Below are positions 40,215 through 51,015 of a stretch of 64,000 nucleotides of DNA, piece after piece. Position 1 is the first letter of the stretch. The number at the start of each line of letters is the position of its first letter. Source of the DNA: an uncultured Nitrososphaerota archaeon (GTDB lineage Archaea; Thermoproteota; Nitrososphaeria; Nitrososphaerales; Gagatemarchaeaceae); the NCBI GenBank assembly GCA_963838925.1, contig CAWISW010000001.1:288001-352000 (forward strand), in the 5' to 3' direction. Made by a program: the position numbers and the translations under genes. Under the pieces are notes generated by a model that was not told where the DNA came from, did not search any database, and was given only the letters and a program-made list of their open reading frames with translations.

Positions 40215-41888
40215 TCACCACTTGAACTCCACGAAGAGCTTCTTGGCCTCGCGGCTGGCCCAGCTGTAGGAGAGGGCGGTTACGGCGACGGCGAAGGCGA
40301 GCGAGACCAGGTAGAGGGCCTGGACCTTCGACTCGAGCCCCGGATAGAGAGCCAGCGCGTCGCCGACGATCGAAGGGAGGGCGGTGATCACGACGACGAC
40401 CATGCCGACTATCACCATCGCGATTATCCCGAAGGGGTCGACGAACCTGGGCCTGGGCCTCTCTTGGAAGTCGGGGTACTTCGCCCCGAACGCCGTCCCG
40501 ATGCAAACCTCCTGTGCGGTTATCGCTACCGCGATCACGAGGTTCTGGAGCGTGGCGATGGGCGGCGGCCTGGTGATGACCGTGACGACGACGAATATCC
40601 CGATGGTCGCGACCATGGCCAGCAGCATGGATGTGAACAGCTTGGCGCGCAGCACCTGCTTGGCGGTCAGAGGGAGGGAGTAGAGCAGGGAGGCGGACCT
40701 CTGCTCCTGACCGAAGCTTATCGACGAGATGATGAGGCCGAAGAGACCGCCCACGAACCAGATGGGGATCTGGTCGGTCGCTGAGGGGACCTGGGGCGTC
40801 GCGGTGGACGCCTGGCTCACGCCGGGGTTGACGAATATCTCGAAGATGAACACGATGCCGAGGACAAAGGGGATCGCGAAGTACTGGAGAAGCTCGCGAC
40901 GCCTCGTCAGCCCCTTGAGGTCCTTCTTGACGAGCGTCGCCTCCGCGGCGCTCAAGCCGAACAGCGAGAAGAAGGGAGAGCCCGCGCCGGGCTTGTACTC
41001 CCCGCCCCCCACGCTCACCTGGGAGGGCGTCGGCGACCAATACCTAGAGCGGACCTTGATGGCCACCCAGAGCATCCCCGCGGAGAAGGCGACCGTCGCC
41101 GCGGTGTATGCCGCGTTCTGGGCTACGTCGCCCACGAGGCTCGCCCTGACTGCGAGGGACGCCCACAGGACAGGGAGGAACTCGACCGCGTTGAGCGCCG
41201 AGTTGAAGCTCCCCACGAGGTCGATGAGGAAGACGAAGTTGAATATCACCTCGACCACCAGGATCACCCCGACCGTGGCCGCAAGCCTGAGGACGAGCGC
41301 GCCGCGCCTGGCGCGCCCCATCACGACGTTGCTGACCCTGTTGATGGCCGCCCTCAATATCTCGACGATCGCCCCGCCGTAGAACAGGGAGACGCAGCTC
41401 AGGGCGAGCATCTCGACCCAAGTCCCCCCGTATCCGAACCTCACTGCCGGCCCGAGGGTCAGCCCCATTATCACGGAAGGCACCAAAGAGTAGGTGTACG
41501 CGACGGAGATCACGGAAGCGGCGACGTACTCCCTCTGCGTCACCGGGAGCCAGTTTATCGCGTCGCTGGAGGCGAACTTCGAGGACGCGCTGAGCTCGAA
41601 GAGCACCCCCGCGACCAGGACGATGCTCGGGACGAGGACTGGGACGAAGACCAGGCTCTCCTTGACGGCCGCTATGAGCGACTGTCCCTGTGCAGACGGC
41701 AGCGAGAGGATGATTCCGGCGACGAAGAAACCCAAGAGGGCGCAGGCGGCGAAGGCGACCGCGTCTATCACCCCAAGGAACGAAGGGTTCCTGAAGATGC
41801 TCTCGCCGCCTCTCCCGCTCCGCCCGGATCGCAGCTGGGACTTTGCGAGTATCAGCGCGATGGCGTAGACTCGGCCCTTCGTTGTCAT
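40215..41888 (-). CDS. ABC exporter permease (multi-TM)
   Basis: Two-lobed polytopic membrane protein (WLPVT, KKDLKGLTRR, YSLPLT), downstream of an ABC ATPase. Confidence 0.8.
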   Translation of the reverse strand: MTTKGRVYAIALILAKSQLRSGRSGRGGESIFRNPSFLGVIDAVAFAACALLGFFVAGIILSLPSAQGQSLIAAVKESLVFVPVLVPSIVLVAGVLFELSASSKFASSDAINWLPVTQREYVAASVISVAYTYSLVPSVIMGLTLGPAVRFGYGGTWVEMLALSCVSLFYGGAIVEILRAAINRVSNVVMGRARRGALVLRLAATVGVILVVEVIFNFVFLIDLVGSFNSALNAVEFLPVLWASLAVRASLVGDVAQNAAYTAATVAFSAGMLWVAIKVRSRYWSPTPSQVSVGGGEYKPGAGSPFFSLFGLSAAEATLVKKDLKGLTRRRELLQYFAIPFVLGIVFIFEIFVNPGVSQASTATPQVPSATDQIPIWFVGGLFGLIISSISFGQEQRSASLLYSLPLTAKQVLRAKLFTSMLLAMVATIGIFVVVTVITRPPPIATLQNLVIAVAITAQEVCIGTAFGAKYPDFQERPRPRFVDPFGIIAMVIVGMVVVVITALPSIVGDALALYPGLESKVQALYLVSLAFAVAVTALSYSWASREAKKLFVEFKW

Positions 41889-41903
41889 GCTCCCTGCCCC
41901 CTC

Positions 41904-42689
41904 CTATCGGGAGAGTTCCCTGACAACCTCGCCTATGTCGTCCGTCCCGGTCATCTTCAGGAAGACCTCCTCCAGGCTCGAACCGGGGAGCCCCGCGGTC
42001 TGCCTGAGCTCGGCGACCGTCCCCTCGGCCATTATCGTCCCCTGGTACATGATGGCCACCCTGTCGCAGAGGGCTTGCGCTATCTCGAGCACGTGGGTGC
42101 TGAAGAGGATCGAAACCCCCTCGCTGGCCAGCTCCCTGAGCAGGTCCTTCACCAGCCGAGCGGAGCGCGGGTCGAGGCCGTTCAGCGCCTCGTCAAGGAC
42201 CAGTATCTGCGGCTTGTGGACGAGCGCGGAGATCAGCGTGATCTTCTGCTTCATCCCCTGCGAGTAGCCGCTGATCATCTCGTTCTCGTGCCCCGCGAGC
42301 TGCATCCCCTCGAGGAAGTGCGAGACCCTCTCCTTCCTCTCCGACGGAGGGACGCCGTACATCTCGGCCACAAAGTCGATGTACTCGATCCCCGTGAGGA
42401 ACTCGTAGAGCTGAGGGGTCTCCGGGACGTACCCGAGCTTCTTCTTCAGCTCGACGGGCGCGGTCGCCTCGTCCTGGCCGTTGATGAAGACCTTCCCGTT
42501 GTCGGGCTTCAGTATCCCCAGCACCATCTTCATGGTCGTGGACTTGCCGCTTCCGTTCGGGCCGAGCAGGCCGAGGATCTCCCCCCTCTTCAGAGTGAGG
42601 TTGATGCCCCTGACCGCCTTGACGTCGCCGTAGGACTTCACGAGCGCCTCGAGCCTGAGGGCGGCCTGCTGGTCGGGGGGAGAGTCCAA
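41904..42689 (-). CDS. ABC transporter ATP-binding protein
   Basis: Motifs GPNGSGKST, YSQGMKQK, LDE, STH. Confidence 0.95.
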   Translation of the reverse strand: MDSPPDQQAALRLEALVKSYGDVKAVRGINLTLKRGEILGLLGPNGSGKSTTMKMVLGILKPDNGKVFINGQDEATAPVELKKKLGYVPETPQLYEFLTGIEYIDFVAEMYGVPPSERKERVSHFLEGMQLAGHENEMISGYSQGMKQKITLISALVHKPQILVLDEALNGLDPRSARLVKDLLRELASEGVSILFSTHVLEIAQALCDRVAIMYQGTIMAEGTVAELRQTAGLPGSSLEEVFLKMTGTDDIGEVVRELSR

Positions 42690-42780
42690 CTAGATCACGA
42701 TGGAAATCCCCCGCGTGATATAGGTTGTGAATCCTTCGAACCCTTAATACGCCGAGCAGAGACCGAAACCGCGACCCCAA

Positions 42781-44799
42781 TTGACAGGAGAGGCCGAGAT
42801 ACTCGGCGAGTCCCTCCCGTTCGAAGAGCGAATCGAGCTCCCCAACTGGGCGCACCGAAGGGCCGACCTCGATGAGTACCGCGCCATGCACGCGTCGTCG
42901 GTCAAAGATGCCGCGAACCAGTGGGAGCGCGTCGCCAACGAGCTCCCCTGGCAGAGGCACTGGGACAAGGTCCTCAGCGCGGGAGACCATCCCCACGTGG
43001 CGAAGTGGTTCGAGGGAGGCGCGCTGAACCTGTCGCAGCTCGCGCTGGACAGGCACGTCCAAGGGCCCAGGAGGAACAAGGTGGCGCTCATCTGGGAAGG
43101 CGAGGCGGTGGGCAAGGACGGGGAGCCCTCAGAGGTGAGGAAGCTCACCTACTTCGACCTGTGGAGGGAGGTGAACAGGTTCGCCTTCCTGCTGAAGAAC
43201 AACTTCGGGATGAAGAAGGGCGACAGGATGGCCGTCTACCTTCCCATGATCCCGGAGGCGTTCGTCGTCCTCCTCGCGGCGGCGAGGCTGGGCGTGACTT
43301 TCACGGTGGTTTTCAGCGGTTTCAGCGCGGAGGCGCTGGCTTCAAGGATCAACGACCTGGGCGCCAAGCTGCTGGTGACGGCGGACGGGCTGAACAGGAG
43401 GGGCAAGCAGGTGGACCTCAAGGGGATCGCAGACAGCGCGCTGGAGCAGACCAGGACGGTCAGCCAAGTCATAGTCGTCAGGAGGACGGGCTCGAAGGAG
43501 GCGAACATGAAGCCCGGGAGGGACTACTGGTTCGACGACCTCATGCGCGGAGTCCCGACCTCCGCGCGCGTCGAGCCGGAGCCGCTCGAGAGCGAGCATC
43601 CGCTCTACGTCCTCTACACTTCCGGGACCACCGGCAAGCCCAAGGGCATGATCCACGACACGGGCGGTTACGCCGTCCTCCTGCACGCTACGATGAAGTG
43701 GGTCTTCGACATCAAGGACGACGACGTCTACTGGTGCCCCGCCGACATCGGGTGGGTCACGGGCCACAGCTACGTCGTCTTCGGCCCGCTCATGGAGGGG
43801 GCGACCGCGGTGATCTACGAGGGGACGCTCGACTTCCCCCAGCCCGACAGGTGGTGGCAGGTGATAGAGAGATACGGCGTCTCGGTCTTCTACACCACCC
43901 CGACTGCCACTCGGATGCAGATGAGGTTCGGCGAGGACTTCGTGAGGAAGCACGACAGGAGCTCCCTCAGGCTCATGCACAGCGTCGGCGAGCCGATCAA
44001 CCCGTCCGCCTGGAGGTGGCTCTTCGAGGTCGTGGGCGAGAAGAGGTGCCCGGTGGGCTCGACCTGGTGGATGACCGAGACAGGGGGAGTGATGATCAGC
44101 AACCTCCCCGGCCTCATGCTCATCCCGATGAAGCCCGGCACGAACGGGCTCCCCATCCCCGGGATAGACGCCGACGTCGTGGACGAGAAGGGCGAGTCCG
44201 TGCAGCACGGCCAGAAGGGCTTCCTCGTCATACGCAACAGCTGGCCGGGCATGCCCGGCGCACCGACCGGGATGTGGGGGGACCCCGAGCGGTACGCCAA
44301 GCAGTACTTCGAGCGCTTCCCCTCGAAGGGCTTCTTCTTCTGCGGGGACTACGCGGTCAAGGACAACGACGGGTACATCTGGGTCGCCGGCAGGGCAGAC
44401 GAGGTCCTGAAGGTCGCCGGGCACAGGATAGGGACCTTCGAGCTCGAGTCGTCCATCGTCTCCCACAAGGCGGCCTCCGAGGCCGCGGTGGTCGCGATCC
44501 CCGACCCCATCAAGGGCGAGGTGCCCATCGCGTTCGTGGTTCTTAGGCAGGGGTACGCGCCCGGGGAGGAGCTGCGAAAGGAGATACGGCTCTGGGTCAG
44601 GAGCAACTTCAGCCCCATCGCGGAGCCGTCGCAGGTCTACTTCGTGAACAAGCTCCCGAAGACCAGGAGCGGCAAGATAATGCGGCGGCTCGTGAAGGCC
44701 GTGGCGGAAGGCAAGCCGCTCGGAGACGTCGCCACCCTCGAGGACGAGGCGTCGGTCGAGGAGGTCAAGCAGGCCTACGAGAGCCTCACGGTAATCTGA
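42781..44799 (+). CDS. acs: Acetyl-CoA synthetase (AMP-forming)
   Basis: Motifs YTSGTTGKPKG, ADIGWVTGHSY, WWMTETG, PKTRSGKIMRR. Confidence 0.95.
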   Translation: MTGEAEILGESLPFEERIELPNWAHRRADLDEYRAMHASSVKDAANQWERVANELPWQRHWDKVLSAGDHPHVAKWFEGGALNLSQLALDRHVQGPRRNKVALIWEGEAVGKDGEPSEVRKLTYFDLWREVNRFAFLLKNNFGMKKGDRMAVYLPMIPEAFVVLLAAARLGVTFTVVFSGFSAEALASRINDLGAKLLVTADGLNRRGKQVDLKGIADSALEQTRTVSQVIVVRRTGSKEANMKPGRDYWFDDLMRGVPTSARVEPEPLESEHPLYVLYTSGTTGKPKGMIHDTGGYAVLLHATMKWVFDIKDDDVYWCPADIGWVTGHSYVVFGPLMEGATAVIYEGTLDFPQPDRWWQVIERYGVSVFYTTPTATRMQMRFGEDFVRKHDRSSLRLMHSVGEPINPSAWRWLFEVVGEKRCPVGSTWWMTETGGVMISNLPGLMLIPMKPGTNGLPIPGIDADVVDEKGESVQHGQKGFLVIRNSWPGMPGAPTGMWGDPERYAKQYFERFPSKGFFFCGDYAVKDNDGYIWVAGRADEVLKVAGHRIGTFELESSIVSHKAASEAAVVAIPDPIKGEVPIAFVVLRQGYAPGEELRKEIRLWVRSNFSPIAEPSQVYFVNKLPKTRSGKIMRRLVKAVAEGKPLGDVATLEDEASVEEVKQAYESLTVI

Positions 44800-44870
44800 C
44801 GATTCTCCTTGCGAGCCTTAAATAACGTCCACGGCCGGGACGGTAGAACAGCCGGAGTGTTGTCCCAGTC

Positions 44871-45980
44871 TTGCTAATGATACCAGGGCCTTCTCAGCCC
44901 GACCCGGAGGTCCTGAAGGCGCTCTCGGAGCCGGTGCTCCCTCACTACGGCGCGAAGTGGAAGGGCATCTACGAGGACACGACCTCCAAGCTGAAGAGCG
45001 TCTTCGGCACCTCCAAGAGCGAGGTCATCCTGATGCCCGTCCCCGGGCAGGTAGCCGTGGAGACCTCCGTCGTCAACCTCGTCGGGCGCGGAGGGACGGG
45101 CTTCGTCTGCGTGAACGGCGTCTTCTCAGGCATGATCCCGCAGATGATGAAGGCGATCGGTGCGAAGCCGGTCGTGATACGCTCCAAGCTCGGCTCAGGG
45201 CCGACCCCCGAGGACGTAGCGGCCGCCCTCGACGCCGCTGGAAAGGACGTCGCGGGCAGGGCACTGTTCCTCGTCCACACGGAGACCTCCACCGGCGCGG
45301 CGAGCTCTCCGGCCGAGATCTTCAGGGTCTGCAGGAAGAGGGGCGTGCTCACCGTCCTCGACGCCATCTCGACCTTCGGAGGGATGGAGGTCAAGATGGA
45401 CGAATGGGGAGCCGACTACGTGATAGGGTACGCGAGCAAGGCGATGGGCGGGGTGTTCGGCGCGCAGCCCGTGGCGATAGGCAAGGCCTCCTGGGAGGCG
45501 GCGAAGAAGAACAAGCCGCGCATCCACAGCTTGTTCCTCGACCTCAACACTTGGAGCGACGCCATCGAGAAGGACGGCTCCTGGGGCCACCCATATCCGT
45601 CCTCCATGCCGACCTCCGTCATAGTCGCCCTGCGAAAGGCGACAGACCTCGTGCTGAAGGAGGGGCTCCAGAACCGGTACAAGAGGCACGCAAGGGCCGC
45701 CGCCCAGGCGAGGGACGGCCTCGAGGGGATGGGGCTGGAGATCTTCACGGAGAAGCGCTTCTACTCCAACACCGTCAGCGTCGCCAAGGTGCGCCCCGGC
45801 TGGTCGGCCGCCCTGCGGAGGATGCTCCTCGAGGAGTACGACATCATGATAGCGGACGGGCTCGAGTCCCTGAGCGGCAAGATAATCAGGATAGGTCACA
45901 TGGGGACGTCGGCCACGCCCAAGGCGATATCTGCGACCGTCGACGCCCTCTCAGACTCGCTGGCCAAAGTGAGACCATAG
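44871..45980 (+). CDS. Class V PLP aminotransferase (alanine-glyoxylate/serine-pyruvate type)
   Basis: Motifs LMIPGP, HTETSTG, DAIST, ASKAMG, RIGHMG. Confidence 0.88.
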   Translation: MLMIPGPSQPDPEVLKALSEPVLPHYGAKWKGIYEDTTSKLKSVFGTSKSEVILMPVPGQVAVETSVVNLVGRGGTGFVCVNGVFSGMIPQMMKAIGAKPVVIRSKLGSGPTPEDVAAALDAAGKDVAGRALFLVHTETSTGAASSPAEIFRVCRKRGVLTVLDAISTFGGMEVKMDEWGADYVIGYASKAMGGVFGAQPVAIGKASWEAAKKNKPRIHSLFLDLNTWSDAIEKDGSWGHPYPSSMPTSVIVALRKATDLVLKEGLQNRYKRHARAAAQARDGLEGMGLEIFTEKRFYSNTVSVAKVRPGWSAALRRMLLEEYDIMIADGLESLSGKIIRIGHMGTSATPKAISATVDALSDSLAKVRP

Positions 45981-45984
45981 CAGC

Positions 45985-46992
45985 TCAGAGAGGGAGGTTC
46001 ACAGCCTTCCCTTCCTGCATCGACTTCCTCGCTGCGGCGGCGATCTCCACGGCCGCCTTGCCGTCCTGAGCCGTCACCCTGGTGTCGGAGTCCTTGACGA
46101 TGGAGTCCACGAACGACTCCATCTCCAGCCTGTAGGCCTCGGCGAACCGCTCGGGGTACCACGCGTAGGTGGCCACGTCTTCGTGCGAGCCTTTCAGCAC
46201 CCTGATGCTGCTGGTGGCGTCGGGCCTGGTGAAGATTGCTCCCTCCGTGCCGAGCACCTCGACCCTCACGTCGTATCCGTAGCTGGACATCCTGCTCGCG
46301 TCCACCTGCGCGACCACCCCGTTCGCAAGCGAGAGGTTCGTTATGACAGTGTGCTGGTCGGGCTCCGAGCGCGGCGACCCCTCGGCCTCCACCCTGCTCA
46401 CCTCGCTGCCGCAGAGCCATCTCACCAGGTCGTAGTCGTGGGTGCACGTGTCGAAGAATATCCCCCCGCTGCTCTTGAGGTCGGGCCACTGCGCGGGGTT
46501 CGGGACTGGGTCCCGGGTGTTCGACCTCACGAGCACGATGTTGCCTACCTCGCCGGAGTCTAGGGTCTCTTTCACCTTGACGTGGAGCGGGTCGAACCGC
46601 CTCTGGTATCCCACCTGGAACTTCGCGGGCGACTTCTGGCTCGACCTCAGCACCTGCTCGGCGTCGTGGTAGTTGTTCGCGATCGGCTTCTCGCAGAAGA
46701 CGTGCTTGCCCGCTTCGCACGCGAACTTTACGATCTGCGGCTTGTGGATCGTGGGGGTCGCGATGACTATTGCCTGCACCTCGCGGTTCTCGACGAGCCT
46801 GAGATAGTCGGTGAAGACGTTCGTGACTCCGAACTCTGCCGCCAGTCTCTTGGCCGAGTCCTCCACGACGTCTGAGACGGCCACCAGCCTGGCGTTCGAG
46901 ACGCCCTTCGCGAGGTTGGCGGCGTGGATCCTTCCCATCTTGCCCGCGCCGATTATCCCGACGCCGACCTGACCGCTCCCCTGTGCCGCCAC
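45985..46992 (-). CDS. Gfo/Idh/MocA oxidoreductase (inositol 2-dehydrogenase-like)
   Basis: Motifs GAGKMG, CEKP, GYQRRFD, SGGIFFD..HD, YGYDVRVEV. Confidence 0.88.
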   Translation of the reverse strand: MAAQGSGQVGVGIIGAGKMGRIHAANLAKGVSNARLVAVSDVVEDSAKRLAAEFGVTNVFTDYLRLVENREVQAIVIATPTIHKPQIVKFACEAGKHVFCEKPIANNYHDAEQVLRSSQKSPAKFQVGYQRRFDPLHVKVKETLDSGEVGNIVLVRSNTRDPVPNPAQWPDLKSSGGIFFDTCTHDYDLVRWLCGSEVSRVEAEGSPRSEPDQHTVITNLSLANGVVAQVDASRMSSYGYDVRVEVLGTEGAIFTRPDATSSIRVLKGSHEDVATYAWYPERFAEAYRLEMESFVDSIVKDSDTRVTAQDGKAAVEIAAAARKSMQEGKAVNLPL

Positions 46993-47090
46993 GACCGGGC
47001 CTCCTCTTCGCGTAGTGGTAAAAACGATTCCTCCTTACTCTCCTGTGGCGCCGGAGACTTGCTCGGTCTGAACTTGGCCCCCTTTCCGGT

Positions 47091-47246
47091 CTAGTCTCTA
47101 GGTCCTCTTCTCTCGATCTCTCTCTTCAGCGTGTCAGGCATGGGCCTGCAGCCGCACTCCCTCGCGTGCTCCATGTGCCAAGCGACCCTCTGGTCGAAGG
47201 TCGGGTCCTTCGGCATCGGGTGGGCAGAGTGCCAGCCCTCGTTCAT
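47091..47246 (-). CDS. Small His/Cys-rich hypothetical protein (51 aa, not in ORF track)
   Basis: Manual translation: MNEGWHSAHPMPKDPTFDQRVAWHMEHARECGCRPMPDTLKREIERRGPRD. Co-oriented between lsrF and the dehydrogenase. Confidence 0.65.
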   Translation of the reverse strand: MNEGWHSAHPMPKDPTFDQRVAWHMEHARECGCRPMPDTLKREIERRGPRD

Positions 47247-47295
47247 GCTCAATGTCCCGAGCGACGGCTCGTAGCAGTCCTGTCTCCGGACGTGC

Positions 47296-48141
47296 CTAGG
47301 AGCGCCCGCGGCGCGTGCGGCGAGGGGCGGGGTGAGCGGTCAGCTCCTCGATCTTCGTCTTGGTCGAGTTGAAGAGCTCGAGCGCCTCCTTCTCCGTGGC
47401 TCCCTCGTGCACGATCGCGCTGATCGCCTTGATCATGGCGACGGGGTTGTCGTTCTGCCAGATGTTCCTCCCCATGTCGACCCCCACCGCGCCCTCGCCG
47501 ATGGCGCTCGAGACGAGGTGGAAGACGTCCGCCTCCGTGTTGAGCTTCGGCCCTCCGGCCACGACAAGCGGGACGGGGCAGCCCTCGACCACCCTCGAGA
47601 AGCCGTCGCAGTAGTATGTCTTCACCAGGTGCGCGCCGACCTCGGCCGCGATCCTGCATGCGAGCGAGAGGTACCTGTCGTCCCTCTTCTCGAGCTCCTT
47701 CCCGACGGCCGTTATCGCCATCACCGGCATCCCGTACTCCTCCCCCTCGTCGACCAGCTTCCCCAGGTTCAGGAGGGTCTGCTTCTCGTTCGGCGCGCCG
47801 ACGAATATGGAGAGCGAGACCGCGGTCGCGTTGAGGCGCACCGCGTCCTTCATCGAGGTCGTTATGCCCTCGTTGCTCAGGTCGTCCTGGAGTATGCTCG
47901 TCCCTCCCGACACGCGAAGCAGGATCGGGATGTCCCAGTCGGGGTCTACCGAGCTGCGGAGGATACCGCGCGTCACAGAGACGACGTCCGCGTAGGGGAC
48001 GAGCGGCTCGATCGTCCTGCGCGGGTTCTCGAGCCTGCGAGTGGGACCCATGAAGTAGCCGTGGTCGCATGCCAGCATCACCGAGTGACCGGTGGACGGC
48101 CTGATCATCCGAGACATCCTGTTCTTCAGTCCATAGTCCAT
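47296..48141 (-). CDS. lsrF: LsrF-like class I aldolase/thiolase
   Basis: GLKNRMSR, MLACDHGYFMGPT, VKTYY, AGGPK, GVDMGRNIWQ. Confidence 0.8.
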   Translation of the reverse strand: MDYGLKNRMSRMIRPSTGHSVMLACDHGYFMGPTRRLENPRRTIEPLVPYADVVSVTRGILRSSVDPDWDIPILLRVSGGTSILQDDLSNEGITTSMKDAVRLNATAVSLSIFVGAPNEKQTLLNLGKLVDEGEEYGMPVMAITAVGKELEKRDDRYLSLACRIAAEVGAHLVKTYYCDGFSRVVEGCPVPLVVAGGPKLNTEADVFHLVSSAIGEGAVGVDMGRNIWQNDNPVAMIKAISAIVHEGATEKEALELFNSTKTKIEELTAHPAPRRTRRGRS

Positions 48142-48195
48142 CGTTGTTTCTGCCTCCTTGTCACCGTTCAGTGATATTATCCTTTGCGCCCTAGC

Positions 48196-48600
48196 CTAAC
48201 GCTCTCTCGCTTCGTCAAAGGCTCTGTTCGTGAGCTCGTCCGCCTCCGAGTTCTTCTCGCGCGGGATCCACTCGAAGCGGAGCCGCGAGAACTCCGTCGC
48301 CATCTCCTTCGCCTTCAGGTACTTCTCGCGGTATCCTCCGGACTTGACCTTCCAATTCCCTTCCATCTGGTTGACTAGCAGCTTCGAGTCTGAGAAGACG
48401 GTTATCTCCTCGTCGCGGCGCACCTTCAGGTGCTCGAGCGCCTTGACCAGGCAGAAGTACTCTGCGAAGTTGTTCGTCACGCCCGCGCCCGCTACGCCGT
48501 GCCCGGAGTGGGCCCTCTTCCCGCCCTCGTAGACGACGTACCCGTAGGTTCCCAGGCCGGGGTTGGGCTCGGCCCGCCCGTCAGTGTAGACCTCGATCAC
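48196..48600 (-). CDS. rnhA: Ribonuclease HI
   Basis: Motifs YTDG, TNNFAEY, SDSKLLVNQ, WIPREKNSEADEL. Confidence 0.92.
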   Translation of the reverse strand: MIEVYTDGRAEPNPGLGTYGYVVYEGGKRAHSGHGVAGAGVTNNFAEYFCLVKALEHLKVRRDEEITVFSDSKLLVNQMEGNWKVKSGGYREKYLKAKEMATEFSRLRFEWIPREKNSEADELTNRAFDEARER

Positions 48601-48717
48601 GGGCGCTTGGCCTTGCGCAGGCCAGATATGTTGTTTCAGGGGACGTTCGATTAGAATTGGGGGAGGTTGCCTCCCTTCGAGGCCAACCCCTTCGTCCGTG
48701 CTGACGCCGAGGCGCGC

Positions 48718-49083
48718 CTACTCCTCGTTGTCTTCCAGTTCTTCAGTGATCTCAGCGACCTCTGCTGCGTTAGAGATCTCCGAGGCTCCTGAAGCGGCGG
48801 TCGTAGCTGAACCCTGCACGACGGTGCCCATCGCGTACCGGTTCGAGACCTGCGTCACCTTGATCCTGGCCGACTGCCCTTGCTTGCCGCCGGCCACGAA
48901 GATGACGAAGCCGTCGATCTTTGCAATCCCGTCGCCACGCCTGCTGATGTCGGAGATGGTGACGTCGTACTCCTTGCCCACCTCGACTGGCTTTGGCTTT
49001 GAAGAATCGAAACCGCTGTCTCTATCTCTGCTGCCGAATCCGCCGCGGCTCCCAAAGCCGCCTCCACGTTGTCCGAAACTCAT
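48718..49083 (-). CDS. Single-TRAM-domain RNA chaperone
   Basis: KPVEVGKEYDVTISDISRRGDGIAKIDGFVIFV; RG-rich N-terminus and acidic tail. Confidence 0.9.
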   Translation of the reverse strand: MSFGQRGGGFGSRGGFGSRDRDSGFDSSKPKPVEVGKEYDVTISDISRRGDGIAKIDGFVIFVAGGKQGQSARIKVTQVSNRYAMGTVVQGSATTAASGASEISNAAEVAEITEELEDNEE

Positions 49084-49227
49084 CCGTTATCACTTCCTAC
49101 CGCAGTTTCCTTCGGTGAAGGGCGTAGCCTGGCCGAAGTAATTAAGTCTATTCTGGGTTCGCTCCGACTTTCCCCCCTGCCGGTGGGAATAGCGATAAAT
49201 AGCGAGGCGGGGTCAAAGAAGACGGAA

Positions 49228-50109
49228 TTGAAGCAGCGCGATTTCACGCACTTCGTCGACCAGCTCGCAGAGAAAGGAGAGCCGTTCGTGGTGGCGACCG
49301 TCGTGCGGATCCACGGCTCCTCGCTAGGCAAGCCGGGGTTCAAGGCCGTCGTCTCCCGCGAGGGAAGGATAGTCTTCGGGACGATAGGGGGCGTCTGCCC
49401 AGAGTCCGCCATCGCGACGATGTCGCTCGAGGCGCTCAGGACGGGGCAGGCGAAGGTCGTGAAGGTCCACCTCGAGGACGCGAGGTCGGCGGTGGACGGG
49501 ACGCTCAGGAACGCCAGCCCCGACGAGGTTTATGTGGAGACGAACTGCGGGGGGACGATGGAGATCTACGTGGAGCCCTACCTCCCAGCGAACAGGCTCG
49601 TCCTCATCGGCCAGGGCGGGAAGGACGACGTCGAGGACGGGCTCGTGAAGCTGGGCAAGACCCTCGGCTTCGAGACCGTCGTGATAGACCACCTGCCCGT
49701 CCTGAGCGAGGACCCCGACGCTCTCATCACAGACCTCGACTACGACGTCTCCAAGTTCCAGTTCAAAGAGTCAGACTCGGTCGTCGTGCTGACCAAGGGG
49801 GAGCGGGACGTCCCCACGCTCGAGGCCATCTCGAAGGCGAAGGTGAGGTTCGTCGGGCTGATGGCCAGCCTCCAGAGGGTGAGCGAGGACGTCGAGCAGC
49901 TCAGGGCGCGGGGAGTCGCGCCCGCCTTCCTAGAGTCGCTTCACTCGCCCGTCGGGATAGACATCGGCGCGGTGACCCCCGACGAGGTGGTGGTCAGCAT
50001 CATGGCCGACGTGGTCGCCACGAAGCGGGGGAAGCACGCCCCCCACGCGGTCTTTCTGAGCAAAGTGCTGGGAGGCCAGCTGGGCTCCCAGCCTTCGCGG
50101 GCGGACTAG
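49228..50109 (+). CDS. XdhC/CoxI molybdoenzyme maturation protein
   Basis: [38 protein letters not shown]. Confidence 0.88.
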   Translation: MKQRDFTHFVDQLAEKGEPFVVATVVRIHGSSLGKPGFKAVVSREGRIVFGTIGGVCPESAIATMSLEALRTGQAKVVKVHLEDARSAVDGTLRNASPDEVYVETNCGGTMEIYVEPYLPANRLVLIGQGGKDDVEDGLVKLGKTLGFETVVIDHLPVLSEDPDALITDLDYDVSKFQFKESDSVVVLTKGERDVPTLEAISKAKVRFVGLMASLQRVSEDVEQLRARGVAPAFLESLHSPVGIDIGAVTPDEVVVSIMADVVATKRGKHAPHAVFLSKVLGGQLGSQPSRAD

Positions 50110-50112
50110 CCC

Positions 50113-51015
50113 ATGCTCCCGCGGAGCTTCCGGTACTTCTCGCCGACCTCCTTGGAGGAGGCCTCCGACCTCCTGAAGGAGCACGCGGGGGACGTCAAGC
50201 TGCTCGCGGGCGGGATGAGCCTCATCCCCCTGATGAAGCTGCGGCTCGCGTCGCCAGCATACGTGGTCGACATCGCCCGCGTGAAGGGCCTCGACTACAT
50301 CAGGAAGAGCGACGACGGCAAGTCGCTATTCATCGGTCCGCTCACAAGGCACCACGCGCTGGAGTCCTCCCAGCTCGTGGCGGAGAGGGCGCCCCTGCTC
50401 GCAGAGACCGCCGCGTCCATCGGGGACCCGCAGGTGAGAAACAGGGGCACGATCGGAGGCGCGCTGGCCCACTCAGACCCCAGCGGCGACTGGGGAGCGG
50501 CGATCCTGGCGATGAGGGGGACAGTGAAGGCCTTGGGTCCCTCGGGGGAGAGGAGCATCGCGATAGACGACTTCCTGGTAGACACGTTCACCACAGCGCT
50601 CAAGGAGGACGAGATCATCACCCAGGTCTCCGTCCCCCTCCCGCCCGAGAAAGGGAGCGGCTCGGCGTACATGAAGCTCGAGAGGAAGGCGGGGGACTTT
50701 GCGACCGTCGGCGTCGCCGTCCAGCTCTCGCTCCAGGGCGGGGCCGGAGGGGACGCCTGCACCTACGCCGGGATCGGGCTGACGGCGCTCGGGCCGAAGA
50801 ACCTGCGCGCGAAGATGGCCGAGGGATGCTTGGCGGGCCGCAAGCTCACGAAGGAGTCCATCGCCGCGGCTTCCTCCGCCGCAGGGAAGGAGTGCTCGCC
50901 GAGCGACGACCCGCTGCGAGGCTCGGCGAAGTACAAGAGGGAGATGGCAGGGCTCTTCACGAGGCGCGCGGTAGAGCTGGCTGTCGCCAGGGCTCGGGGA
51001 CAGGGACCCTCATGA
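50113..51015 (+). CDS. coxM: CO/xanthine dehydrogenase FAD subunit (CoxM/CutM)
   Basis: [23 protein letters not shown]. Confidence 0.9.
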   Translation: MLPRSFRYFSPTSLEEASDLLKEHAGDVKLLAGGMSLIPLMKLRLASPAYVVDIARVKGLDYIRKSDDGKSLFIGPLTRHHALESSQLVAERAPLLAETAASIGDPQVRNRGTIGGALAHSDPSGDWGAAILAMRGTVKALGPSGERSIAIDDFLVDTFTTALKEDEIITQVSVPLPPEKGSGSAYMKLERKAGDFATVGVAVQLSLQGGAGGDACTYAGIGLTALGPKNLRAKMAEGCLAGRKLTKESIAAASSAAGKECSPSDDPLRGSAKYKREMAGLFTRRAVELAVARARGQGPS

